This document shows positions 12,437 through 24,189 of a stretch of DNA of 64,000 nt, piece after piece. The stretch spans positions 17,360,992 to 17,424,991 of the forward strand of contig NC_068994.1 of NCBI RefSeq assembly GCF_001194135.2. Reading direction: 5' to 3'. Made by a program: the position numbers and the translations under genes. Origin of the DNA: Octopus bimaculoides (taxonomy: Eukaryota). Under the pieces are notes generated by a model. That model saw nothing but the letters and a program-made list of their open reading frames with translations, was not told the origin of the DNA and did not search any database. Each line of letters opens with the position of its first letter. The stretch's first letter is position 1.

Positions 12437-13073
12437 CAGGGTGACCATAAAGTCACGCACCATGGGAGATATCAAGTATGCTTTATTAGCAAAGAAGTAG
12501 GTAATCCATTACAAATGTTCAAAGTGTTGGCCATATAGCTCTAAACAAGTGTTCATATGGAATTTGAAATTGCAGTGAACCCTCTCAAATAGCTCTTCAT
12601 TGCCGTTGACTTGTTCACACACTTCAACAATTCTTTGTAGATGTCCTTGGTCACAAATCTTTTCAGAATACACAAGGAATTTAATGTAGACTCAGAAGAA
12701 AAAGTGCACGGGAGTTAAATCTGTGGTGCCCATTCAATTGGTGCACAATGCCTGAGACATCTTCTGGGAAAATGTTCTTTCTGAAAATCACGAACCTGTA
12801 ATGCATTCCAAGTGAATGTATGTGAGGCATGTCCAGATATGAATCACCTGTCACAGAGCCCTCAAAATAAAGTGGTCCAATTATTTGATGTGCCAAATCC
12901 CACACCACACTACACCATTACCTTGCCCCTACCTTGTTGATTATCTGCCTCCATCCAATGAGGATTGGTTTGTGAGTAATATCGGCAGTTATGAAAAAAG
13001 ATTAAAAAAAAAAAAAGAGAATGTTTGTAATTTCATATATTGCAGGATGGTGCATGACTTTATGGCCACCCTG
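12437..13073 (-). mobile_element. Internally deleted Tc1/mariner element with TIRs and TA TSD
   Basis: TIR cagggtgaccataaagtcacgcaccat versus revcomp cagggtggccataaagtcatgcaccat; remnant MVW...IIGPLYFEGSVTGDSYLDM and C-terminal GQHFEHL. Confidence 0.88.
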
Positions 13074-13597
13074 TATATAGGCACACACACAAAACAGTGC
13101 ATCAACATGGACGTCTCAAGCTTAAATAAGTATAAGAAAACATATATCCATATGTATAAATAATGGAGAAGACCTGTGGAGAAAGATAAAATAAATACAA
13201 CTTGAGAACTGATGTTCAGTCTCAGTAACACACACACACACGAGGCCCTCCCCTCATAAAAACTTACTAAAAACTGCCCAGAGGGTGGTGTTTCTACTTG
13301 TTTATACATACTATAAAAAATATTACATTTCATTCAATATCTGAGTTAACAAAAAAAAAAATTCAAACCATAAGTGTTAAATCAGTCATTTATTGAAATT
13401 TTTCTGAAAATTACTTGGATTTGATTTAATTAGTTGTGTGGTTTGTTACAAGATCATTTTTTTAATTTTTAAATTAAAAGTCCTTTGGTGTTCATAACTT
13501 ACACTTGTAAGAGAAAAGAGCAATTTGTAGCAAGTCTAGATGAGGTCTGACTCATGAAAAATCATAAGATAATTATGTGTATGTGTGTGTGTGTGTG

Positions 13598-14283
13598 TAC
13601 AGGCAGGACTGTATAATTAAGAAGTTTGCTTCCCAACCACATGGCTTCGAGTTCAGACTTACTCTATGGCATGTTGAACAAGTTCTACTATAATACTACA
13701 CCAAACAGACTTATGAATGGATCTGGTAGACAGAAACTGAAAGAAACCTGTCATTTATAAATATATTTATGTATGTCTCTGTATATATATATAATGTGTG
13801 TTATTTCTTTACTACCCACAAGGGGCTACACACAGAGGGGAGAAACAAGGACAGACAAACGGATTAAGTCGATTATATCGACCCCAGTGCGTAACTGGTA
13901 CTTATTTAATCGATCCCGAAAGGATGAAAGGCAAAGTCAACCTTGGCGGAATTTGAACTCAGAACGTGCTAACGTTTCTGCCAGCTCGCCACCTTATATA
14001 TATATCGTGTGTGGGTGTGTGAGATTGTGCATATGTTTATATATCCTTGTCTTGACATTACACGACAGTTGTAAACGATTGTCACTGTCATACAAGCAGT
14101 GTCATTCATTTCCATTATTTTGTGAAAAAAAATGTTTGACCATGGAGAGACATTATCTTGTTTGGAAATACATGAGGGTTGGTACTAGGAAAGGCATCCA
14201 GCCATAGAAAATCCACCTCAATAAATTCTGTACAATCCATGCAAGCATGAAAAAGTGACCTTTAAAATAACAATGATGATGAT
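13598..14283 (+). mobile_element. CORE-head SINE with alternative (gatgatgat-ending) tail, with a family B SINE nested at about 13790-13995 (-)
   Basis: Head and core 13598-13760; tail ...aggaaggcatccagcc...catgaaaaagtgacc...aatgatgat 14020-14283. Confidence 0.7.
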
Positions 14284-15311
14284 ATATATCATCTAAATTT
14301 TGCAAGACTAAACATTGGTAGCAATCTTTGAAGCTGAATAAGTCAACAATTCTTGCTTCATCGTAATTTATCTATTTCACTTCATTTAGATTTTCGACAC
14401 CACTGAAACAGGTATCATTGTCAACCTTAAATTTGTCCTTCCCCAAAGTCAACAGGGTTAATCTCTTATTCATAAATGTATCTCTGGTCATATATTTTCA
14501 AACAATCGGTTCTATCCTAGTTGCTTTCAATATTTATCTGATTGATATATAATGAGAAATTATTGATCGATTGATTGATTTCAGTCCAGGCCTATATGTG
14601 CAGGTATAATGCGGTTTTACTGGTGTGGATAAGAATCTTGAATGAAAAAGCTATACTGATGAAATATTAAAGGGAGGTCACTCAAAGTATCTTTTAAATT
14701 AAAATTTTGTAACTTTGTCGTAATTAAAAAAAATTCTTTTAGTTTTGTAAAGATTTCAAGCACATTCTGTCTTAATGCATTTTAAATTTTGTTCATTATT
14801 TTGTTACACTAGGAGTGGTCTGCATCTGTAAATATCGCAATCTCTTGAGAATTTCTCGACCAGTACAACTTAATACATTTGCAACAATTAAAACTTGACA
14901 TTAATTGTACAGTAAAAAGAAAGGAGATATTAGATGAGGTAGTCCTCCACCCAGCTCAAAAGACAGGAAAGCTATGGTTGGAATGTTTTTGGTCATATGT
15001 CTGAGTGATCAGACTTGACCTTGGCTAAACAACAGTTTCTAATACAATTACAACTAGATCGATAATAATTCACGGTTAATTTTCATTTATTGCTATTAGC
15101 ATTGTAGTGTCATAGATGGTTAGATTTGCTTATGCGATATTTCTAATAAAAGCGTTTAATTATCTTGAAGCTTTCCGGTAACTGCATTCAGTGGATAAAA
15201 ATCTTTTATTAAAATTTTTTCCCCTAGAAGGAATGTGAAGGTGAACGAAAATAGTTTCATCGTTAATATTAAACATGGTATTTTCAGTCGCTTGTTTACT
15301 GATAATACATT

Positions 15312-15358
<47 letters not shown>

Positions 15359-15376
15359 AACAGACAGAGACAATGC

Positions 15377-15594
15377 ATTTTTTTTTTTTACTCTAGGCAC
15401 AAGGCCTGAAATTTTGGGGGAGGGGTCCAGTCGATTAGATCGACTCCAGTACGCAACTGGTACTTAATTTATCGACCCCGAAAGGATGAAAAGCAAAGTC
15501 GACCTCGGCAGAATTTGAACTCAGAGCATAAAGACAGACGAAATACCGCTAAGCATTTCGCCCGACGTGCTAACATTTCTGCCAGCTCGCCGCC
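15377..15594 (-). mobile_element. Family B SINE, young
   Basis: Reverse complement of ggcggcgagctggcagaa...gtcgactttgcttttcatcctttcggggtcgataaattaagtaccag with A-rich tail. Confidence 0.9.
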
Positions 15595-16179
15595 ATAGAG
15601 AGGATGCCTATTGGCTTTTGTACATCGGCGTGTGTGTACACACACACACTGTGCCTTTTTGTCTCCGCTTGATTCTCAGTCAACAATTTATCACGAATCA
15701 CTTTGGAGTATTTTTCAACTGGGGTTCATATAAGATTTTGTTGTTAAAATTTATGTGGTTATACTCTTACAATATACTCTTACAATATACAAAATATTCT
15801 AACAATTTTTTATGCAGTTCCTAATAGTATTTAATTATGAAAATATAACAGAATTTTTTGTATGTTCATCGAATGGCTATGAGGGTCTACCCAAGTGGAA
15901 TATGAATCAATGGGATCCACAGGCCAAAATTGGTTGAAAACCACTACTCAAAGTGGTCGCACTACCCATCAGAAATAGCAGCAAAATCTCACTAAACCCA
16001 GACCTTTCAGCTTGAAAAAAAGGATAAATACTTTGGATAATGTAGTCATAGATACACCATGTCTGAAAATAAGACGTGATAGCCACGACTGGAACGTCTC
16101 TGATATTAATTAGCTAGGTTGAATTCGGTTTGATCCGAGTCCAAATAACAATCATTTTTCTCCCCCACTATTTTATCAC

Positions 16180-16433
16180 TTGGTATCACATTTTGACCGC
16201 ATTATATTCAGGAACATCCTTAGTTTAATCCTAAATATTCTAAACTGGTTCTTATAAATGTTAGGGTTAGAATTCTCATTATTGTTTGTCAAATTCATAT
16301 ATTGTGGGTGTTTACTTTTACTAGATAAACCGGCTAGGCTGTATTTCATGTCAAGCAGTGTCATTTGAAAACCGAGTTTTATCAGATAAAATGTTGAAGA
16401 TGGTGACTCATCGGTGGTTTCAAGACAAAATAA
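16180..16433 (-). CDS. Candidate internal exon of the minus-strand gene (LFCLETTDESPSS...IMRSKCDT)
   Basis: Part of a 101-codon ORF in AT-rich DNA; acceptor gttattttgcgtcatatgcag|; weak donor CAA|GTGATA; phase 0 to 2 fits the 11263 exon. Confidence 0.3.
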
Positions 16434-16559
16434 CTGCATATGACGCAAAATAACATCGATTGTATTGGGTGTTAGGAGCACTTGTTGATGTAGACGTATT
16501 ATTATTAACCTTCCTTATTTTATCCTTGTGCGCACAAAACTAAATTTGACATACGAGAA

Positions 16560-16710
16560 GACATCGTAACTAATTTGACGAGTTAAATTTATACGGGATC
16601 GACAAAAGCTTTCGATGGATTAAAAATCGAACTTTTAAAGTATATACGTACATTCATGACTAGATGGTCATTTAAATCAAAATTTGTCAATGTACGATTT
16701 GATTTTAATT
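16560..16710 (+). mobile_element. Ancient non-LTR RT fragment
   Basis: IYTGSTKAFDGLKIELLKYIRTFMTRWSFK resembles the IYxDFxKAFD...WIxSFLxxR motif. Confidence 0.4.
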
Positions 16711-18430
16711 CTTAATTTCTTCTTAGCTTTATCCTGTTTCCATCGAACTTTCCTTAACCCTTTTGTTACCATATTTCTGTTGAGATGCTGTGTTTCTTTC
16801 AATTAATTTTAAATATAACAAAGAATTTAGTAAAATAACTTAGTTATTATTAAGCTCGTGTTAGGAACATAAATTGTGACTTAAGTTTAGTGGAAGATTT
16901 TAATTCAGAACTGCATCCATCATTCTAGACGTTCTCAGAATTCACCAGTTTATGTTTGTATGAAAACCGAAGCCTAATTAAGTTTGTAAGCTTTTCTTTT
17001 AAACCGCTTCTTTTTTCATAAAAAAATTTCCGATGTTTTCGTATTAGTTTCATTCATTGAACTACATTTACGTATATATATTACTTGGCCTTGTGTGTAG
17101 ACATTTGTACATAAGCACAAGTTCATCTATTGTTAGTAAAGTTGTCAAATGTCATGAAACACCTTGCTTAGAATCAGGTTAATCATGATTGTGCTGGCTT
17201 ATGATCAAACGTGTTCCAGTCGTAACAAACCAGGTTTTTTAAAACTACATTATCCAATGTGTCCATTGATGCTGTTTTCTAAAATAGTAGGTTGTGATGA
17301 GATTTGGTTGCTGTTTCTAGCAGGTCGAACCACAACCTGGAGGGTTTATCATAACAGTATCTTTTTAATTATTTTTCTTTCAATTCTGAGGCAGAGGAAG
17401 GGCAAAGCCCATGGTGATTTTTCAGGTCGGAAGGGAAAGTGAAGAGATCCTCAGACTGAAGACTTGGCTTGAAACTGAAAACTTGCAACGGAGTGGGCTC
17501 CGCTAACACTACCCAAATATTAGATGGTGGTGATATAAAATTGGATGACAAAATAAGATTACCACTCACCAAAAATAAAAAGCAATTATTCTCCACAATT
17601 TGAGAATGAAAAGCATTAAATGAAAAAATTAATAAAACAAGTATTTCAGGGTCTTGTCCCATAAGTAGGGGGAGGTAAATTTAGAAATGGAGAAAATTAA
17701 ATTACTACTACTAAAGATGAAAAAGAACGTAATAGAAATGGGTTCGGTTATGCCAACAGGAAAACAGAACTTGAAACATGAGTATTTATAGTTTGTTTTT
17801 GTTTTTTATCAATAATCAGCAGAATTGTCAATGCACGAAGTTCTCGGTACTTCAGTCACTCTGTAACTTCTACCGATTATTAATAAAAAAAAAAAAAAAA
17901 ACGTATTAACAGAAATGTATATTTATTCAGTTGAATACGTTCTTTATATATTAAGTTTAAATGATATCAGATATGTATGGTTACATAAAATGATTTATCA
18001 TTTTCGTGTCATTGATGCCAACATGAGTTCGGTCGAGCAAATGTTTGTTTCTCCAGCACATACTTTTAAAACAGTCTTTCAAAGTATTTTCAAATACATA
18101 TATACTGGGAGGTTCATTGTTATGGCCGGTCAGAGTGACCATTAGGTTTCGCACCTATAAAGCGCTTAGCCGTATAGGTAACTCGTCAGACTCAAATAGT
18201 CATCGGCGCATAAGATTATTAATAATCAAGGGTAGTACAGGTAGCACCGGCACGCTAAAAATAGCAGTCAGAAGACAACTACAACCACAAATTTCCACTG
18301 ATACACATTAATTGAAGTCAGGGTAATGAGCAAAAATTCTAAGCCCCCGTACCAATAACGAAAAGATTACAATTCTTCAGTGTATCATATTCCCCAAAAA
18401 GAAACACACTCTAAAGCAGTAATGTATTTA

Positions 18431-18579
18431 TATGCAGTTAAGTCTGTATCCGGTCATAGAGTGACCAAAGGTTTCGCATCCCTAAAGGGCCTAGAGGCTA
18501 GCCCCGTCTATGGAGCCAGGCCATTTATGGATGCGAAATCATTGGTCACTCTATGACCGGAGACAGACTTAACTACATA
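18431..18579. repeat. 62-bp near-perfect inverted repeat with 25-nt loop
   Basis: Arms 18431-18492 and 18518-18579, about 7 mismatches counted by eye. Confidence 0.92.
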
Positions 18580-18681
18580 GGTGTAGGAGTGGCTATGTGG
18601 TAAGTAGCTTGCTTACCAACCACATGCTTCCGGGTTCAATCCCACTGCGTGGCACCTTGGGCAAGTGTCTTCCGCTATAGC
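18580..18681 (+). mobile_element. Family A SINE head, 3'-truncated
   Basis: ggagtggctatgtggtaag...ggcaccttgggcaagtgtcttccgctatagc, then an abrupt switch. Confidence 0.85.
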
Positions 18682-19023
18682 TTTTCTTTTAAACCGCTTC
18701 TTTTTTCATTGGATCAATGAAAGTCTGAAAATAATTGGCCCTATTGCGAATTAATTTCCGGAAGCATAGACACGTCACTTTCCTAATTATGCTACATGTA
18801 ATATAAATAATCTTTTCTAGCGTTATACGCTTTCTTAAAAAAAAAAAGGCAATAAAGGTATCCACAGATCTGTCCTCAGAGAAACACGAAAGATCTACCG
18901 TGATAATATGACTATCTTCTGGTTTTGAGAACACCCATGCCTTTTATAACAGTACTGATTTCAATATTTCGAAAGCTAATTGAAATATATAACTAAGGGT
19001 AACACGACACTCGTTTCCTTTAC

Positions 19024-19032
19024 CCTTCTCAT
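19024..19032 (-). CDS. Candidate first coding exon (MRR) of the minus-strand gene
   Basis: ATG AGA AGG|GTAAAG about 45 nt downstream of a ttccgcttcc ETS-like site; phase 0. Confidence 0.3.
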
Positions 19033-19330
19033 ACAGTATTTTGACAATTTGGTTTAACACCCGCGGATGAGGAAGCGGAATTAAAGAAAACATAACTCAT
19101 GCCAAGAAAAATCAAATGTCATGGGCAATGTTGAAGCTAAAAGGTGCTATTTCATTATATATACATATATTTAAGGAGGCGGGAGAATAGACAGAGAAGT
19201 AGTGGAGGGCATCCAAATGTAACATATGTTATTGATACCGTGTTACAGGAAGTTCCGGGTCGAGAAAGGTGAAACTGAATTTTGATAAGGGATTAGCTGA
19301 CGGATGTCAGTATTGCGCAGACGTGTATTA
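19033..19330. promoter_or_regulatory. Putative bidirectional promoter
   Basis: CpG-retaining non-repeat DNA; ETS-like gaggaagcggaa (19069-19080) and acaggaagttccggg (19245-19259); candidate first exons diverge on both sides. Confidence 0.5.
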
Positions 19331-19428
19331 TGTGTTCTTAGCAGCAAAAGCATAACAGAAGAGAAATGGAAAGCTTAAATGAGAGAGAGAGAGAGAAATA
19401 CAATGACAAAGTAGGAGGGGGAAGTTGA

Positions 19429-19590
19429 GAGTGAGGGAGAGAGATACAAAGATAGACGGGGCAGTCAAGAGTGAGGGAGAGAGATACAAAGATAGACGGG
19501 GCAGTCAAGAGTGAGGGAGAGAGAGCGATACAAAAATAGAGGGGTGAAGGAGAGAGAGATACAAAGATAGAGGGGGGAATAGAGAGAGAG
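19429..19590 (+). repeat. Purine-rich 40-bp minisatellite just upstream of the 19602 ATG
   Basis: gagtgagggagagagatacaaagatagacggggcagtcaa occurs twice exactly, plus degenerate copies. Confidence 0.9.
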
Positions 19591-19601
19591 TTGAAGCCAG
19601 T

Positions 19602-19783
19602 ATGGCGACTGCCGATCGTGGAGTACCTCCCCCCAAAACATTTCAATACAAACAATGGGAAAGAATGGGTGAGACGACTGTCAAAGATGCTGACTTGGTT
19701 CGAGAAGAAGCCATCAAAGCCCATCACGATCACCTTATTACGGAAATCGAATCTGCCGACGGTCCACTGGCCACCACTCTCAG
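19602..19783 (+). CDS. Candidate first coding exon B (MATADRGVPPPKTF...AHHDHLITEIESADGPLATTL), unidentified
   Basis: gccagtATGG context, GC/CpG-rich non-repeat sequence with natural composition, donor CAG|GTAAAC, phase 2. Confidence 0.7.
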
Positions 19784-20688
19784 GTAAACTTCTTAACGTC
19801 ATAGCATTTGAAACCCAAGTCAAACTTTACTTCCCACTCGAAAACAATTCCTTTTTGTCCTTTTCTGACAAATCACTCCTCGAGTAATAATAATTCCAGA
19901 CAACTATTCAATTCCGTTTATTTCTCATGGATAATTTCCTATTGAAATGCCAACTTCTTTTAAACTTTTACATCTTAATTGTCGCTTTTACATTAATTAA
20001 TGCCTTATGTAAAACATAACAAGTAGCACCTTCATTTAAGAAGGGAGACACCCCTCTTGTTTCTCATTTGTCAATCCATCCTTGTCTTTGCTGTTATTTC
20101 GGCTGTAAACAACTTACATGGTAACTTTTGGTGAAAGGGTCATCCTTCTTATCAACTTCGAAATTGTGTGGTGACATTCAATTTAGTTAGCCTTCTCTGT
20201 TGTACATACACACGCACACACGTACACAGCTATACATATATAATATAAAATTCCCTAGTTACGAAGCCTTCTCCCTTCCAAATTAATAATGTCTGTTATT
20301 TAGATGTAGTTGCATATATCGATTTCAAGAAAAGTAGTGTTTGGGTGGTTTAGGGTTCAGAAAATTGAGGAATAATTCTCAATAGTATTTATGTATATTG
20401 CCTATATACGACAGCATGGTCAGGCTTCTGCAGTTTCGTTTCTCAATAAAAGTTTTGTTTTCCTACAAAATATAGACCTTTTCTGTGTTATTTCCTGTGT
20501 TACAGACCTTCGCGCTAGGGTCTGCTGGTTTTCATAAATTAGTTTACAAACATCTTCGCCAACAAGCTGTCTTCTATAATTAAATCTGCTTGCTCCATAG
20601 AAAATCTGACTTAACTAGGTATCGTATTTTTTTTCCTTTCCTATTTGACAAGCATAGATTTTTTTTTTTTTTACACTTAACAGAATTT

Positions 20689-20920
20689 CTAAAGCATTGC
20701 ATTTTGATCTAATCTGGCAAAACCCTTTTTCAGACGAGCCCTTGTCGTTTTTGCCGATAGACCTGTCTGACACTTCCTCTGCACCTTACATATATACGTA
20801 TGTGTATATTTACACACACACACACTTGTATAAATATATATATGTGCTCCAGTATGGCCACAGTCAAATGACTGAAATAAAAGATATATACATGTGTGTA
20901 TGTATTTATATATGTGTGTA

Positions 20921-20961
<41 letters not shown>

Positions 20962-21058
20962 ATGTATATGTTTATGTGTGTGTGTATATATGTATATGTG
21001 TGTGCATGCATATGTATATATGTGTGTATATATATATGTGTGTGTGTATATATATATG

Positions 21059-21109
<51 letters not shown>

Positions 21110-21155
21110 ATGTATGTGTGTATATATGTGTATATATACGTATATATATGTGTGT

Positions 21156-21217
<62 letters not shown>

Positions 21218-21240
21218 ACACGTGTGTATATATGTATATG
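20689..21240. repeat. Compound (TA)n/(TG)n microsatellite; representative of similar tracts at about 4.9-5.2, 26.1-26.6, 29.0-29.8, 34.7-34.8, 36.4-36.6, 39.5 and 56.3-56.6 kb
   Basis: Direct inspection; source of the [12 protein letters not shown] pseudo-ORFs. Confidence 0.98.
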
Positions 21241-21398
21241 TGGGCATATATTTGAATGTATCTATCTATATAGTGGTTATAATCCAAGCTGTGTCCTTGT
21301 AAAGCACACCTGTATGTTCACATTCATCCAATGTATGTATATAGGCGTTTTGTTTTAAATGTGATATACATAGTAGTTGACATTTTTGGTGCATTCAG

Positions 21399-21468
21399 TT
21401 TGCAGAATGATTACATATCGAAACAGAAGACTGAAAAAATTTGGTATATTATTAATTCCATGTTACAG
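21399..21468 (+). CDS. Possible exon 2 of gene B (LQNDYISKQKTEKIWYIINSMLQ)
   Basis: Acceptor catttttggtgcattcag|, phase 2 compatible, donor CAG|GTGTTT. Confidence 0.25.
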
Positions 21469-21666
21469 GTGTTTCATTACAAGATACGAGTAACAAAGAT
21501 ATACATGTAGAAAAAAAGGAAGAAAAAAACATAGTATCTCCTATCTGTAATTCTTCAGGCAGATTCAAAAGTAAAAATAATATGCATTTTTGAATCTTTG
21601 TCCAAAGAATTATGGATATGAAATTCTATACATGTTTTTTTTTATGTGTGTGAGTGTGTATACACG

Positions 21667-21698
<32 letters not shown>

Positions 21699-21720
21699 CA
21701 CAGACACACACATACACACA

Positions 21721-21870
21721 CGAGGGGGTGCTGAAAAGTTGCCTGGCTTTGGGTAAAAGAAAATACAGAAGGATCAGTTTATTATGATTTTATTCAGCAT
21801 ATTCCCCTCATGGGTTCACACACTTATTGCAGCAGCCCCTTAGTTTTTCTGTGCCCTGTAAAAGATTTTA
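21721..21870. mobile_element. Solo mariner-type terminus
   Basis: cgagggggtgctgaaaagtt TIR-like start followed by tttattcagcatattcccctc; no partner end found. Confidence 0.55.
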
Positions 21871-21872
21871 TC

Positions 21873-22392
21873 TTACTCTGTAACTCACTCCCCATTTTTA
21901 TCCAACTGAAGTATCCATGTGTCTGCCCTACAGCAAGACACCTATACCTGTCCCTGTATACCTTATATTTTTCAACTAGCACAAGGCCACACTCACTCAA
22001 TTCTACTCCCTCACCCACAGTTGAGGGGTTTACACCTTCAAAGCCCTCACATATCTACCACAACCACCACCCAGGAGGCTCTCCTATGTTTCTCTCCATC
22101 ATTTACTGCAGTCATCTCCCCTACCTACTCACCCAGCCCAAGCCTCAATATCACCACCTATTCTCACCAACCTTATTGTCCCTCAAGGACTTGTCCTGAT
22201 AAATTGGCTGTAATCTTTGTCACTATCACTGTCTTTATGTTACTCTCTAACTCACTCTCTTTTCTTTTCCAACTGGAGTATCCATGTATCTACTCTACAG
22301 CAAGACACCTATACCTGCCCCTCTATACCTTTAATCTCTCAACTGGCACAAACCACAGCCCATCAATGCTACTCACCCCCAGTTGAGGGGCT
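21873..22392. repeat. Diverged approximately 155-bp direct repeat (21873-22030 and 22240-22392)
   Basis: Shared ccaactg(a/g)agtatccatgt...tacagcaagacacctatacctg...cagttgagggg. Confidence 0.8.
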
Positions 22393-22904
22393 TTTGTCTT
22401 CCAAGGTACTTGGTAACCCTGTTGGTGCTGGTGCCACATAAAAACCACTCAGTACACTCTGCAAAGTGGTTGGTGTTGCTGTAGAAACCATGCCAAGACA
22501 GACAATGGAACCTGATGCAAACCCCAGCCATGCCAGCTCCTTATAAACCATCCAACCCATACCAGCATGGTAAACAGATGTTAACTGATGATGATATATG
22601 TATGTATGCATATATGTTTGTGTGTGTATTTATATATATATGCAGATATATGTATGTATGTATGTATATATATGTGTGTGTGGTGTGTATGTATGTATAT
22701 ATATGTATATATATATATATATTAATCAATGAAATTCCAACTAAGCATGGTTTTCATGTTTATTATTTGCTGTTTTCACAAATTGAAAATAATAAAACAT
22801 GAAAACCAGACTTAGTTGGAATTTCATTGATTAATATATTCTTCTATACACAATCATAAAAACCTCTATATAAATATATATATATATAGTTAAAAAAAAA
22901 ATAA

Positions 22905-23034
22905 CAAAAAAACAACAAAGTGAGGACGTGATATGGATAGTATTATTGGACGCTCAGGAAAGGAAAGAGAGAGTGTATGACGTTTCGGGCGTAGCCCTTC
23001 GTCGGAAAGATGGAAAGTTCGGAGAATGGAAGAA
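22905..23034 (-). mobile_element. Penelope-like element terminus abutting an assembly gap
   Basis: gacgtttcgggcgtagcccttcgtcgg is a typical PLE terminal motif; CpGs intact. Confidence 0.65.
22975..23009 (-). ncRNA. Minimal type I hammerhead ribozyme motif (C4 core variant)
   Basis: Minus strand cttt CCGACGA a gggc tac gccc GAAAC GTC atac. Confidence 0.6.
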
Positions 23035-23515
23035 NNNNNNNNNNNNNNNNNNNNNNNNNNNNNNNNNNNACACTACTGAATGTATAATTTTGTAATTGTG
23101 ATATATAATTAACTGAAAAGGCATTAAATTAATTTTAAAACTGTTTACCCAAATCACCAGGAATGTCACATTATTTTAAACAGATAACTGTTACTGGTTT
23201 AAATTAATTAAGACATAAAAAACACCAAAAAGAAGAGGAAGGACAAAAAAAAATGCTAAATACAAAAATTCCTCCCCATATCGCGGTCCACCTATCATGG
23301 TTTATTATTTAAGCTTACATCGATTCCTCTGTGGCGTTGTTTTGCATTTATAATAAAATAAATATATACAAATTATAAAAATAATAATAGATATATATAG
23401 TACATTACTGTTTCTACTTCATGGATTTTCACCTATCGCAGGGCAGTTTTGGAATGCAACACCTGTGATAGTCGAGGGATTACTGTATATGGATGAGTGT
23501 GTGTGTGTGTGTATG

Positions 23516-23554
<39 letters not shown>

Positions 23555-24189
23555 GTTTATAGTGCATGTGTTTTTATTGGCAATATGACCATCCCCAAAT
23601 ACAACAATATATATATATCTTTATATATATATATGCTGATCCCTATATTTTAGAATTATTTGGTCCTTTTTCCACTTCTTCCTAATGTTTTCTCTCTTAG
23701 TAACATTTGATAGTATTTATTTTAATGAAAAAACTTTGAGCATAATTAAAATATGAACTGTATGTGAAACTTATGCTTTTCTGCTAAATATGTTGCTCTT
23801 AAAGACTATTGTAGCTGATTATGCATTAACATGCAAGTCAGTCCTGTTTGAATTGACTTCAATCTACCTTGGTGTGTAACGTGTTTATTTATTGAGCTCT
23901 TAATCACCATAAATTTATTCTTTGGTATTTATACACCAGACAGCACTGCTAGCATGCTTTGCCACATGTCATCCATTTTTATGTTCTGATTTCATATTCA
24001 GCTGAGATGGTCTTTGCCATATGTCCTTTCCCAGTCAATGAAATAAGTACCAGTTGAGCTTTATGGTCAATGTGATCAACTTGCCCCACCAAAATATTTC
24101 AGACCTTTTGCCCAGTATCAGTTAGAAAGTGATTCAATAGCCAAGTGTTGTGCATGACACTTGATAAGTGCTAGGCACGAAACTCCTGA

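Noticed and set aside
14390-14411. 22-nt plus-strand microexon candidate, and nearby 14.8 kb open frames on both strands
   Set aside because: Not frame-preserving and no host plus-strand gene evident; strand ambiguous.
17428-17508. Plus-strand VGRESEEILRLKTWLETENLQRSGLR* with downstream AATAAA
   Set aside because: No upstream plus-strand gene to attach it to, since CCDC186 ends at 4198; short pyrimidine tract.
19338-19823. 161-aa minus-strand ORF over exon B
   Set aside because: Antisense shadow of exon B plus the purine minisatellite; no convincing acceptor.
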